From NCBI GenBank assembly GCA_963841435.1, contig CAWJCS010000003.1, forward strand, positions 864,001 through 928,000: a stretch of DNA of 64,000 bases, written 5' to 3'. Of the stretch, positions 11,794 to 20,890 are shown one piece after another (the stretch's first letter is position 1; every line of letters begins with the position of its first letter). The position numbers and the translations under genes are program-made. The DNA is from an uncultured delta proteobacterium. Its GTDB lineage: Bacteria; Myxococcota_A; Polyangia; Polyangiales; Polyangiaceae. Below the pieces are notes generated by a model that saw only the letters and a program-made list of their open reading frames with translations, searched no databases and was not told where the DNA came from.

Positions 11794-14700
11794 GGCGCAC
11801 CTCCCGCGGCGGCCTTCGGCTTTTTGCCGTCCTTGGGCGCCGCCTTATCATCCTCGTCGGCACCCTGCATGGGCACGAGGTAGCGCTGGCTATAGCCGCT
11901 TTCGGTGCGGCGCGGCCCCTGGATGAGAGGCGGCAACGGCAGAGGTCCGCGCGAGCGGAGCTCGAAGCCGACCTCCTTGAGCGGAGGATACAGCTCGCCG
12001 TTGAGCCGCCCGAGCGCCTCGCGCATCTTCGCCGTCCAGGAATTGAAGATACCGAGCTCGATCGCCTTGTTCCAGCCGCTCTCGTACGCCTCGAGCGCGC
12101 GCTCCTCGATTGGCACGACGAACTCCTCGATCGACTGCTGGTAGAGCTCCTTCTCGTCGTCGCTCAAGCTGGGCGGCGGCGGCGAGCCGAGCAGCGCCTT
12201 CGAGAACGACTCGTAGGTGAAGCCGATCTGGTAGAGCGACGCCGTGGTCCACTCGGCAACACCGATCTCCGCGGTACCGAGGAAGGTGTCGGCGGCTTTC
12301 TTGAGCAGCTCGCTCTTCTTCTTCAGGCGGCTCTTGAGCTGTTTCACGTCGCCCTCGATCGTGACCCCCTCGTACTGCCGCAGGATGGCTTCGCCCTGCA
12401 TGTAGCGCGCCTTGGCGGCGTAGTACTTGCCGCGATCGCCGAGGCGGCCTTTGCTCTGCGCGTAGAGGTGCACGGCGCGTTCGAGGGCGCTCGCCATGCC
12501 CCGCTCATCGCCCTTGCGCACGCTCGCGAGGCGCACGAGCGCTTCGAGCTGGCCGTTAACACCGCGCGCGCTCTTCGAGTAGCGATCGTAGAGCGCCTCC
12601 GCCTCCTTGAGCTTGCCGGCCTTCTCGTGGGCCTTGCCCATCAAGAAGGTGACCTCGTCGGACAGCTCGTCGCGCGGATAGAGCTTGCGGAAGGTCTCGC
12701 CGCTCGCGATGGCCTTGTCGTGCTCGCCCACCGTGGCTCTCAGCAGCACGGCGTTGAACGCCGCGTCCTTGTGGTGCTCGGATTTGGGGAAGTTGTCGGC
12801 GATGATGGCGTGGTAGTTCGCCGAATCGCTGAACAGCCCCACCTCCTGGTAGGTGCTCGCGGCGATCCACAGGCCCTCCGCCGCCTCGGGGCGGTCCTTG
12901 TGATAGCGGACGAGCAACGCCGACGCCGCGCCGAGCGTTTCCAGATCCGCCGCACGGCGCGCCTCGACCTCGGCGTTGACGGCAGCCTGGGCCGAGCGAG
13001 CCTCCGTGGGAAACTCCTGAGCGGCGCGCAGGTAAGCGGCCGCGGCACGGCCGTGATCGCCGGTCGCGGCGAGCTGCTCACCCTGCTTGAACATCGCACC
13101 CACGATGAGCCCGTTGAGGCGCGACTGCTGCGCGGGCGTCTGGAAGGCGGGAGCCTTCTTCAAGCGCCGCGCCCAGGTCTCGATGTTCTCGTAGTCCTTG
13201 CTGCGGTTGAACGAATCGAGGATGAGCTCACCGGCGCCCGCGGAGAGCTTGTGATTCGGATACTTCTCGAGCAAAAGCCCCCACTGTCGGACCGCGGGGT
13301 CGTAAACCTCGTAGTCGTAGTAGAGCTTGCCTTGGCGGAACAGTAGCTCGGGGATCTGCTTGTCGTTCGGGTAGGTGCGGACGTAAAGCTCCATCGCCTC
13401 GGTGAACTTCTTGTCCGTTGGCGTCTCCTGCTGCTTCTTGCCCGCCTTCTTGGCCGCCTCGAACTCGGCCGCGCGTGCCACCTCGAGCGACGCCAGCGCG
13501 TTGTAGAGCGCGACCCGCGAGAGCTCCGCGTTCGGGTTGATGCGCACGGCGCCCAGGTACGCGTCGGCCGCGCACATCGCGTCTTCGAGGCGATAAAAGC
13601 AGATGTCGGCGAGGTTGTAGCTGGCCTCGTAGGCCTGCTTCTGCCCCGAGAAGCGCGACAGGTAAACGCGGTAGAGCTCGGCCGCCGCCACGAACTCGCC
13701 ACGACTCACCTTGTCGGCCTGCGCCTTGGCATGAAGGCCCACCGCGTCCTGCCTGAGCTGCTCTTCGACGGCTTTCTCCGCGGTCGCGCGCGTCGCGGGG
13801 GTTTGCACGGAAAGCCACGCTGAGCGCGGCGCGGGAGGCTTGCCCGGCGGCGGCGGCAGCGGCTCGACGTAGTCGCGCAGGATCTTCTTGTAGTCCTCCT
13901 CGAGCACTTGCCACGTCTCCATCGTGGAGTGTGCCGCGGCGATCTGCAGGGCGTAGCGGTAGCCCTCGGGGCTCGTCGGCTCGAGCTTGATGAGCAGCCG
14001 GTAGGCTTCCACGCCGCGCTCGTACTGCGCCTGGTCGTAGAGCGTCTCCGCGAGCGCCCGCACGATGCGGCCCGCGAACTTGTCGCCTCCTGCCTGCACG
14101 AGGAAGCGATACATGTCCTCGGCGCGGTTCTTCTCGTCCTCGACGAACACGGCCACGAGGTTCTTGAGGGCCTCGCTCTGCAGCTCCTCGAGCTCGCCGC
14201 GGCGCGTGGCCTTCTTGCCGCCCTCCTCGGTCGACTGGAACACCTTGAGGAAGCGCCGCGCCGCCTCCTGGGACTTGCCGAGCCGCCATAGCGTCCAGGC
14301 ACTCTTGAACAGGGCGATGTCGTAGAGCTCGGTGTCCTCGTAACGCAGGACCTCTTCGTATTCGTCGTATGCGTGCTGGTAGTCCGGCGCGTCCTTGGTG
14401 AACTCGAACTCGGCGCGCATCATGTGCGCGTCGGGGACGAAGCGGCTCTTGGGAAACCACTCGAGGATCTTGTTGAAGCGACCGAGCGCTTCCTCGGGCT
14501 TGCCCTCCTCGTTGGCGAGGAACCCATCGATGTACAGCGCCAGGTCGTATTCGCGGAAGGTCTTGTGGTGTTTGAGCACCTCGATGAAGCGCGCGCGCGG
14601 CTTCCGATAGTCCTGCACGGGCGGGTCACCACGCTGATCCACGGGGATCTTTTCCCACTTCTGGAAGTCCGCAAGAAATCTGTCTCGCGATTCCTCCCAC

Positions 14701-15101
14701 TCGAGCTCACCAATGCGCACGAGCGCTTCCGGGAGCTCGCTCGAGTCGGAGGGCGACTCGCGGATGAACTTTTCGAGCAGATCGTGGGCTTCGGCGCGCA
14801 GGCGCTTGGTCGCCGCGACGTTGCGAGCGATGCGTCGATCGATGCGGCGGGCGAGCGTTGCGCGCAGCGCCTCGGGGATCTGCAGGCTCACGCGAACCTC
14901 GCGCCTGGACTTCGCCTTGGACTCCGCCTTCTTCTTGATGGTGGGGCGGGCCTGGGCACCGAGCTGACGCTCGGCGGCGGGCTTGATCGACGAGCTTTCC
15001 CCGGCAAGGGAGGGGGTGACCGCATGGTCCTCGGCGCCGCTCGCCGCGACGGGCGACAGGGACACGAGGAGCGCGAAGCCAGCGACGAGGCGGGTGCGCA
15101 C
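11790..15101 (-). CDS. Large secreted TPR protein, GltD(AgmU)/NfsD-like
   Basis: Signal peptide and 1103 aa of TPRs (FPKSRFVPDA, YDIALFKSAW, YPNDKQIPE). The C-terminal PPPPSLS..LYQQSIEEFVVPIEERALEAY..FNSW segment resembles GltD homologues. Confidence 0.7.
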   Translation of the reverse strand: MRTRLVAGFALLVSLSPVAASGAEDHAVTPSLAGESSSIKPAAERQLGAQARPTIKKKAESKAKSRREVRVSLQIPEALRATLARRIDRRIARNVAATKRLRAEAHDLLEKFIRESPSDSSELPEALVRIGELEWEESRDRFLADFQKWEKIPVDQRGDPPVQDYRKPRARFIEVLKHHKTFREYDLALYIDGFLANEEGKPEEALGRFNKILEWFPKSRFVPDAHMMRAEFEFTKDAPDYQHAYDEYEEVLRYEDTELYDIALFKSAWTLWRLGKSQEAARRFLKVFQSTEEGGKKATRRGELEELQSEALKNLVAVFVEDEKNRAEDMYRFLVQAGGDKFAGRIVRALAETLYDQAQYERGVEAYRLLIKLEPTSPEGYRYALQIAAAHSTMETWQVLEEDYKKILRDYVEPLPPPPGKPPAPRSAWLSVQTPATRATAEKAVEEQLRQDAVGLHAKAQADKVSRGEFVAAAELYRVYLSRFSGQKQAYEASYNLADICFYRLEDAMCAADAYLGAVRINPNAELSRVALYNALASLEVARAAEFEAAKKAGKKQQETPTDKKFTEAMELYVRTYPNDKQIPELLFRQGKLYYDYEVYDPAVRQWGLLLEKYPNHKLSAGAGELILDSFNRSKDYENIETWARRLKKAPAFQTPAQQSRLNGLIVGAMFKQGEQLAATGDHGRAAAAYLRAAQEFPTEARSAQAAVNAEVEARRAADLETLGAASALLVRYHKDRPEAAEGLWIAASTYQEVGLFSDSANYHAIIADNFPKSEHHKDAAFNAVLLRATVGEHDKAIASGETFRKLYPRDELSDEVTFLMGKAHEKAGKLKEAEALYDRYSKSARGVNGQLEALVRLASVRKGDERGMASALERAVHLYAQSKGRLGDRGKYYAAKARYMQGEAILRQYEGVTIEGDVKQLKSRLKKKSELLKKAADTFLGTAEIGVAEWTTASLYQIGFTYESFSKALLGSPPPPSLSDDEKELYQQSIEEFVVPIEERALEAYESGWNKAIELGIFNSWTAKMREALGRLNGELYPPLKEVGFELRSRGPLPLPPLIQGPRRTESGYSQRYLVPMQGADEDDKAAPKDGKKPKAAAGGAP

Positions 15102-15235
15102 GACTACCCAGCAAGGTAAGCGACCCGCACGGAGGGGTCAACGAGGCCCAGATCCGTGCTAACCGGTGGGGGGCCAGGGAAGACGTTGGCGTCTCGCCAC
15201 GTACATCGACTTACACAAGCCGGAGGAGCGAAGCG

Positions 15236-16576
15236 ATGAAGCCGAGAAACTTGGGACCGGTTCTTGCTGTTCTAGGAGCCACTGTCGGCGTCGCGTGCGC
15301 CATCGAGGAGACGCCCGCCAACCCGGATGGGAGCTCTGGCAAGGGGGGCAGCTCGGGGGCGAGCGGCGGCACGTCGGGCAAGGGCGGCAGCTCGGGGACG
15401 AGCACGGGTGGTAGCTCGGGCAAGGGCGGTTCGTCGAGTGGCGGCACGGGCGGCAGCGGGGCGAGCGGTGGCGGCAGCGGCAAGGCGGGCAGCGGCGGCA
15501 CGGGCGGCTCGACGGGCGACGCGGGCGGCGGCGGTGAGGGTGGCGGCGGCACCATGGGCGGCCTGCCGTTCTCGCCGTCGAACCTACCGGAGCTCGACAG
15601 CGACGGCGTCGGAGACGTCGTGCTCTCCGACCAGGACTGCGAAATCGACACGGACGACGGAACCATCTCCTGCGTCAACGACGCGTCCAGCTTCGCGTTC
15701 TCGACGACCACGCAATCGGACGGGCCGGACCTCGCCATTTTCCGAGCGCTCTCGTTCCTGATCGAGCAGAGCGCGCAGGTGAAGGTGGTCGGCTCGCGCC
15801 CGCTCGTGCTGGTGGCGTTCGATGGCATCGACGTGCGCGGAGGGCTCGACGCGTCGGCCTCGACGAGCACCGCGAACGGCGGCGGCTTCGCGCAGTCCCC
15901 GTCCGGCAAGGGCGGCGGCGCCGGCGGCGGCGCTGCGAGCCGCAATTACGTGGCGGGCGGCGGCGGCGCGTTCTGCGGCAAGGGCGGCGACGGTGGCTTC
16001 CCCGCATCGGATCCCCCGGCGAGCGTCGGCGGCACGCCTTTCGGCACGCCGGAGCTCTCGCCCCTGTTCGGCGGAGCCGCGGGCGGCGGGCAGCAAGACG
16101 GAAACCAGGGCGGCGCGGGCGGCGGTGCCATCCAGCTCGTCGCCGGCACGAGCGTCATGGTCGGCACCAACGGCTACGTCAGCGTCGGGGGCGGCGGCGG
16201 GCGCTCGAACGGCGGTGGTGCGGGCAGCGGCGGCGCGATCCTCATCGAATCGCCCATGGTGACCATCAACGGCACGCTCGCCGCGAACGGCGGCGGCGGC
16301 GCGATCTTCAACGGCGGCTCGCCGGGTCAATCAGGTCAGCCCGGGGATACCGCCGCACTCGGCAGCGTCACGACGGCTGGCATCGGGAGCGCGGGCATGA
16401 CGATCGCCGGCGGCAACGGCACCAACGACGGCAGCAGCAACAATGCGAGCGGCGGCGGCGGCGGCGGCGCAGGTCGCATCCGCATCAACACCGATTCCGG
16501 CTCGGCGACGTTCGGCTCGAACGCCGTGCTCTCCCCGGCGGAGACCACGACGTGCGTGACCGAAGGCAAGCTCTAG
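15236..16576 (+). CDS. Gly-rich secreted lipoprotein of unknown function
   Basis: RBS GGAGGAG, lipobox VGVAC, GSSGKGG repeats, then a domain with recurring GGGGAGG-x-I-x-I motifs. Confidence 0.75.
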   Translation: MKPRNLGPVLAVLGATVGVACAIEETPANPDGSSGKGGSSGASGGTSGKGGSSGTSTGGSSGKGGSSSGGTGGSGASGGGSGKAGSGGTGGSTGDAGGGGEGGGGTMGGLPFSPSNLPELDSDGVGDVVLSDQDCEIDTDDGTISCVNDASSFAFSTTTQSDGPDLAIFRALSFLIEQSAQVKVVGSRPLVLVAFDGIDVRGGLDASASTSTANGGGFAQSPSGKGGGAGGGAASRNYVAGGGGAFCGKGGDGGFPASDPPASVGGTPFGTPELSPLFGGAAGGGQQDGNQGGAGGGAIQLVAGTSVMVGTNGYVSVGGGGGRSNGGGAGSGGAILIESPMVTINGTLAANGGGGAIFNGGSPGQSGQPGDTAALGSVTTAGIGSAGMTIAGGNGTNDGSSNNASGGGGGGAGRIRINTDSGSATFGSNAVLSPAETTTCVTEGKL

Positions 16577-16616
16577 AACGACTTCAGGGCCCGTCGGTCG
16601 CGCCGTAGCGCGCCGG

Positions 16617-16934
16617 CTAGGGTCCGACCCAGGTCGCGGTGGAGCCGCTCACGGCGTAGGGCGGCGACGCATTCAGCCCGTCATCGCTGATGTTGGCCTT
16701 GATCGAGGTCCGTCGGTGGCGAACGACCAGGGGCCCGGGTACGTCCCCGTGCCGGCGATCGAGATCTCGTCGACCTGCACGACGGTCGGATTCACGAGTG
16801 CCGCCGGGGCCTCGATGGTCATTGCGTCGTCGGTGTACCAGGGGTCGCCCGCGGCGATCGACGGGCTCAGCCGAACAGGCGATGAGCAAACCAAAAACGG
16901 AAAAAACTCGACCTTTTCGTAAGCTAAACGTCAT
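16617..16934 (-). pseudogene. Possible degraded or frameshifted small lipoprotein gene
   Basis: Signal-like start (..GLLIAC). Protein-like text switches frame to SIAAGDPWYTDD..YPGPWSF and back to TSIKANISDDG..TWVGP. GGAGG lies upstream. Confidence 0.35.
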
Positions 16935-17007
16935 GGGCCCTCCGTGGAGGCGATAAGGCCTTTCGGCCGCACGCCGAGTACCCTAGCTCTCCGCGAGCGG
17001 TCACCCG

Positions 17008-17793
17008 ATGAGCAGCGCCCACGGCATCGTGCTCCTGTTGCACTCGGCCCTTCGCTGGGCCGTGCTCGGCTTGGCGCTCGCCGTGGTGATCCGCGCGTGC
17101 GCAGGTTGGTACCGCGCGCGCAGCTGGACAGGCAGCGACGAGCACCTCCACGTCGCCCTCTTGTCTGCGCTCGACCTCGAGCTCGCGCTCGGGCTCGCGC
17201 TGTATCTGTTCGTCGGCCCCATGCCGCGCGCATTCCTGCTTGCGCTTCCGCGCTCACTGAAAGTCCCGGAGCTCAGGTTTTTCGGGCTCGAGCACGCGCT
17301 CGTCATGCTCGCAGCGGTCGCCCTGGCGCACGTGGGACGCTCGACGTCGCTCAGCATGGCGGAGGCCCGGTCGCGCCAGCGCCGCGTGGTCGTCACGACG
17401 CTGCCCGCCCTTTTGCTCGTTGCGTTGGCGATTCCCTGGCCATACGGGCGCGTCGAGCGGCCGCTGTTGCGAACGGCGCTGCCCAGCGCCGCGAGTGTCG
17501 TCGGGCAAACCGTGTCCGGACCGGCCTGCCCTCCGCTCTACGCCGTGCGCTGCGCGCCGTGTCACGGCGCGACTGGCCTCGGCGACGGCACGCTTTCCGC
17601 TTCGCTCAGACCGGCACCGCCACGCTTCGACGACGCCGCCTGGCAGGCCACGCTGAGCGACGCCGAGCTCCAGATCCTCATTCGCGACGGCGGCGCGCGA
17701 GCGGGCAAGAGCCCCCTCATGCCTTCCCACCGTGATCTTCCCCTCGCCAACGTCACCTGGCTCGTGCGCTGCGTGCGCTCTTTCCGGGAGTGA
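17008..17793 (+). CDS. Four-TM membrane protein (His-containing, cytochrome b-like) fused to a c-type cytochrome domain
   Basis: LHSALRW, FFGLEH and LAHVG lie in TM helices. The C-terminus has a CAPCHG heme-c motif and a distal MP. Confidence 0.75.
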   Translation: MSSAHGIVLLLHSALRWAVLGLALAVVIRACAGWYRARSWTGSDEHLHVALLSALDLELALGLALYLFVGPMPRAFLLALPRSLKVPELRFFGLEHALVMLAAVALAHVGRSTSLSMAEARSRQRRVVVTTLPALLLVALAIPWPYGRVERPLLRTALPSAASVVGQTVSGPACPPLYAVRCAPCHGATGLGDGTLSASLRPAPPRFDDAAWQATLSDAELQILIRDGGARAGKSPLMPSHRDLPLANVTWLVRCVRSFRE

Positions 17794-19655
17794 CGGTGGC
17801 AAACCCCGAGCGACGGCACGCGGCGCGCTTACGCGCGGGCGCTCGACCGGCTTATGCTCCGCAGCGAACGTCCTTGCCCGCCAGAACGCCCAATCCTGCC
17901 CGCCGACCTCGCCGCGGAGATCCGCTCGCGTTGCTCGTCGCGGCGGCGCTCGTCGGCGCAGCCGACTGGCTGTTCCCGATACGGGGGCTGCTTTCGATCG
18001 CGCTCTGCGCGGCGCTGAGCTTGCTCGCCATCCCCTGGACGGTGCACGTCTTCGCGAGCCTTGGTGACCGCGAAAAGACGCCGCAGGAGAGCACGGTCGG
18101 GTGGCTCCTTTTCAGGCTCGGCATGCTGTTTTTGCTCTTGGCCTTCCTCACGGCAAAGTGGCTGGTCGTCGTGTATTCGCACGGCGACCACGCCGACTTC
18201 GCGGCGTCGTCTCAGAGCTACACGCTCGGTGTTCTTTTCGTGTTCTCCCTCGGGCTCGCCGCGCGGGGCCTGCACATCGCGCGCTTCGCCGAGCTGGTCG
18301 CCGACCACCCCGCGCGACTGATGGCGCTTTCCTTCGGCATCACGGGCGTGGCCGGTGCGCTCGTTCTGAGCCTGCCGTTCTCGGTCGAGACCGTGAAGGG
18401 CGTGTCGCTCGTCAACAACCTGTTCATGGCCTTCAGCGCCGTGTGCGTCACCGGGCTCGCCGTCAACAACGTCGCGGCGACTTACAGCGTCGCCGGCCAG
18501 GCCGTGCTCTGCCTGCTGATCCAGGTCGGTGGTCTCGGCATCATGGTGCTTTCGGCGGCGATCAGCGTGCTCTCGGGCCGCCGCATGAAGGTGAAGAGCA
18601 GCGCCGTGCTCGCCGAGATGGTCGATGTGAGCTCGCTCGCGAGCCTGCGCCGCACCGTGGTGATGATCCTCTTTTACACCCTGTTTCTCGAGGGCGCCGG
18701 GGCCACGCTGCTCTATCTCGACTTCGCCGCACGACCCGAGATGGCGCACCGCTTCGGCGGCGACCTCGCAGGAGCGGGCGACGCACGCTGGGCCGCGGTC
18801 TTTCACGCCGTGAGCGCCTTTTGCAACGCGGGGTTCTCCAATCTTTCGGGCGGGCTCATGCCGTTTTCATCCTCACCGTCGGTCACGCTGACGATTTCGG
18901 TGCTCGTCGTGCTCGGCGGCATCGGTTTTCCGGTGATCGACGAGCTGTTCCACAGCCTGTTCACCTTCCTCCGCCGGCGGCGCGTGACGGTGCTCAGCCT
19001 CAACACGCGCGTCGCCCTGCGATCGACGGCGCTTTTGCTCGTCGCGATGGCCGGCGTCTACCTGCTCCTCGAGTGGCGCTCGTCGATGTCGGGGCTCGGG
19101 TTCGGCGAACGCTTGAACGCCGCCCTCTTCCAGTCGGTGTCGTGCCGCACAGCCGGCTTCAATCTCGTCAACGTGGGCGCCATGACGCCGGCCGTGCTCG
19201 TGTTGACTGCGGGAGCGATGTTCGTGGGGGCATGCCCGGGGAGCACCGCGGGCGGCATCAAGACGACGACGCTCGCCGTGCTCGTTGCCGGCGTGCGCTC
19301 CGAGCTCGTGGGTCGCCCACCGTGCCTGTTGAACCGGCGCGTGCCGGAGGCCATGATTCGCCGCGCGAGCAGCGTTGCCGTGCTCAGCATGCTCCTGGTC
19401 TCGTTCGTGTTCGTGCTGCTCTTGCTCGTCGAGCGCCACGCGCCGCTCGCGCTGGCGTTCGAGGCGGTGAGCGCCTTTTCGACGACGGGCCTCTCGACCG
19501 GCATCACCCCCGAGCTCTCGACGACCGGCAAGCTCATCGTAACCCTGACCATGTTCATCGGGCGCATCGGACCCCTGACGCTCGCGCTCGCGCTCGCTCG
19601 CGCAGCCTCGGAGCGCAGCATCCAGCTACCCGAAGAGCGCGTGATGATTGGTTGA
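17790..19655 (+). CDS. ktrB: Trk/Ktr K+ uptake membrane subunit with N-terminal TM extension
   Basis: Four pore-loop motifs (SAVCVTGL, SAFCNAGFS, RTAGFN, SAFSTTGLS), plus GSTAGGIK and MFIGRIGPLT. Start uncertain. Confidence 0.92.
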   Translation: MTVANPERRHAARLRAGARPAYAPQRTSLPARTPNPARRPRRGDPLALLVAAALVGAADWLFPIRGLLSIALCAALSLLAIPWTVHVFASLGDREKTPQESTVGWLLFRLGMLFLLLAFLTAKWLVVVYSHGDHADFAASSQSYTLGVLFVFSLGLAARGLHIARFAELVADHPARLMALSFGITGVAGALVLSLPFSVETVKGVSLVNNLFMAFSAVCVTGLAVNNVAATYSVAGQAVLCLLIQVGGLGIMVLSAAISVLSGRRMKVKSSAVLAEMVDVSSLASLRRTVVMILFYTLFLEGAGATLLYLDFAARPEMAHRFGGDLAGAGDARWAAVFHAVSAFCNAGFSNLSGGLMPFSSSPSVTLTISVLVVLGGIGFPVIDELFHSLFTFLRRRRVTVLSLNTRVALRSTALLLVAMAGVYLLLEWRSSMSGLGFGERLNAALFQSVSCRTAGFNLVNVGAMTPAVLVLTAGAMFVGACPGSTAGGIKTTTLAVLVAGVRSELVGRPPCLLNRRVPEAMIRRASSVAVLSMLLVSFVFVLLLLVERHAPLALAFEAVSAFSTTGLSTGITPELSTTGKLIVTLTMFIGRIGPLTLALALARAASERSIQLPEERVMIG

Positions 19656-19670
19656 GCGAAGGAGAACGGC

Positions 19671-20348
19671 GTGGCGACGAAGAAGGTACTGGTCGTGGGC
19701 CTCGGGCGCTTCGGTGGCGCGCTCGCGGACGAGTTGTGGGACACCGGCAGCGAGCTCATCATCGTGGACAAGGATCCCGACGCCATCGACGCCTACAAGT
19801 CGAAGGCGAGCGCCGCGTTCGTGGCCAACGTCAACGACCCCGGCGTGCTGGAGAGCGTCGGCGCGCGGGACGTCAACGTCGCCGTCGTCACGGCGGGCGA
19901 GGACTTCGAGGCCACGGTGCTCGCCGTTGCGCAGCTTTCGCAGCTCGGCGTAAAGACGATCTTCGCCCGCGCCGTGAACGACCGGCAGGCCCACGTGCTG
20001 CGCGCCGTGGGGGCGACGCGCGCCGTGCAGGTCGAGGACGAAATGGGGCGGCGCCTCGCCGTCCAGGTGCTGAACCCCTCGGCGGCCCACCTGATGGACT
20101 ACGCCACGCACTTTCGCGTCGTGCCCTGGGTGGCGGCCCCGCCGCACGTCGGCCGGACGCTCGCGGAGGCGCGGTTTCGTCGCTACGAGGTCAACGTGCT
20201 CGGTTACTTTCCCAAGGATTCGAAGCACGAGGGGCGACCACGCCTCCAGATGGCCGCGCCCGACTACCGCATCCGCGAGGGCGACACGCTCCTCATCGTG
20301 TGTGAGGAGGAAAAGCTCGAGCGCTTCCTCGCTTCCGTGGAAGGCTGA
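19671..20348 (+). CDS. ktrA: Trk/Ktr K+ uptake regulatory RCK subunit
   Basis: VVGLGRFG Rossmann motif and RCK_C. RBS AAGGAG. Follows ktrB. Confidence 0.92.
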   Translation: MATKKVLVVGLGRFGGALADELWDTGSELIIVDKDPDAIDAYKSKASAAFVANVNDPGVLESVGARDVNVAVVTAGEDFEATVLAVAQLSQLGVKTIFARAVNDRQAHVLRAVGATRAVQVEDEMGRRLAVQVLNPSAAHLMDYATHFRVVPWVAAPPHVGRTLAEARFRRYEVNVLGYFPKDSKHEGRPRLQMAAPDYRIREGDTLLIVCEEEKLERFLASVEG

Positions 20349-20383
20349 TCCGGCCCGAGCGGGCATGGTAGCCTCCTTGTCGC

Positions 20384-20821
20384 ATGCAAGCCGCGCACCT
20401 TCCACCCGAAGCGGAGGTGGAGGAAGTGTTCTTCGACGGCCGCCCCGCGTTGGTACCGAGCCTCGGCGTCGCGTTGCTCGTGATCCTGACGCTCGGCCTG
20501 TGGCTGATCCCCCAGTGGTGGGTGTCACGCGGCTGCCACTACCGGGTCACCTCGCGGCGTATCGTCGTCGAGACCGGCGTGCTGTCGAAACGACTCGAGC
20601 AGATCGATCTCTATCGTATCAACGACTACAGCGTGGAGCGACCCTTTTTCCAGCGCCTACTCGGTACCGGCAATCTGCTCCTCAAAGCGATGGACAAGAC
20701 CACCCCCGAGCTCAAGCTCGCGAACCTGAAGACCGACGTGGTGGCGCTGTACGAGCGCGTGAGGGAAGCAACGGAAATCGACAAGGCCAAGCGCAACACG
20801 CGGGTCGTCGACTACGAATGA
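20384..20821 (+). CDS. Bacterial PH (bPH_2) domain membrane protein
   Basis: YRVTSRRIVVETGVLSK..IDLYRI..RPFFQRLLGTG. Confidence 0.8.
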   Translation: MQAAHLPPEAEVEEVFFDGRPALVPSLGVALLVILTLGLWLIPQWWVSRGCHYRVTSRRIVVETGVLSKRLEQIDLYRINDYSVERPFFQRLLGTGNLLLKAMDKTTPELKLANLKTDVVALYERVREATEIDKAKRNTRVVDYE

Positions 20822-20890
20822 CTCACTCCGCTCCGAGGTCGAGCTCGCCGCAGGCGCTTTCGTCCTAAAGGCTGAGCCCGCCGAATGCGC

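Noticed and set aside
15236-16576. PE-PGRS or collagen-like assignment
   Set aside because: The similarity is low-complexity Gly only. There is no PE domain or Gly-X-Y periodicity.
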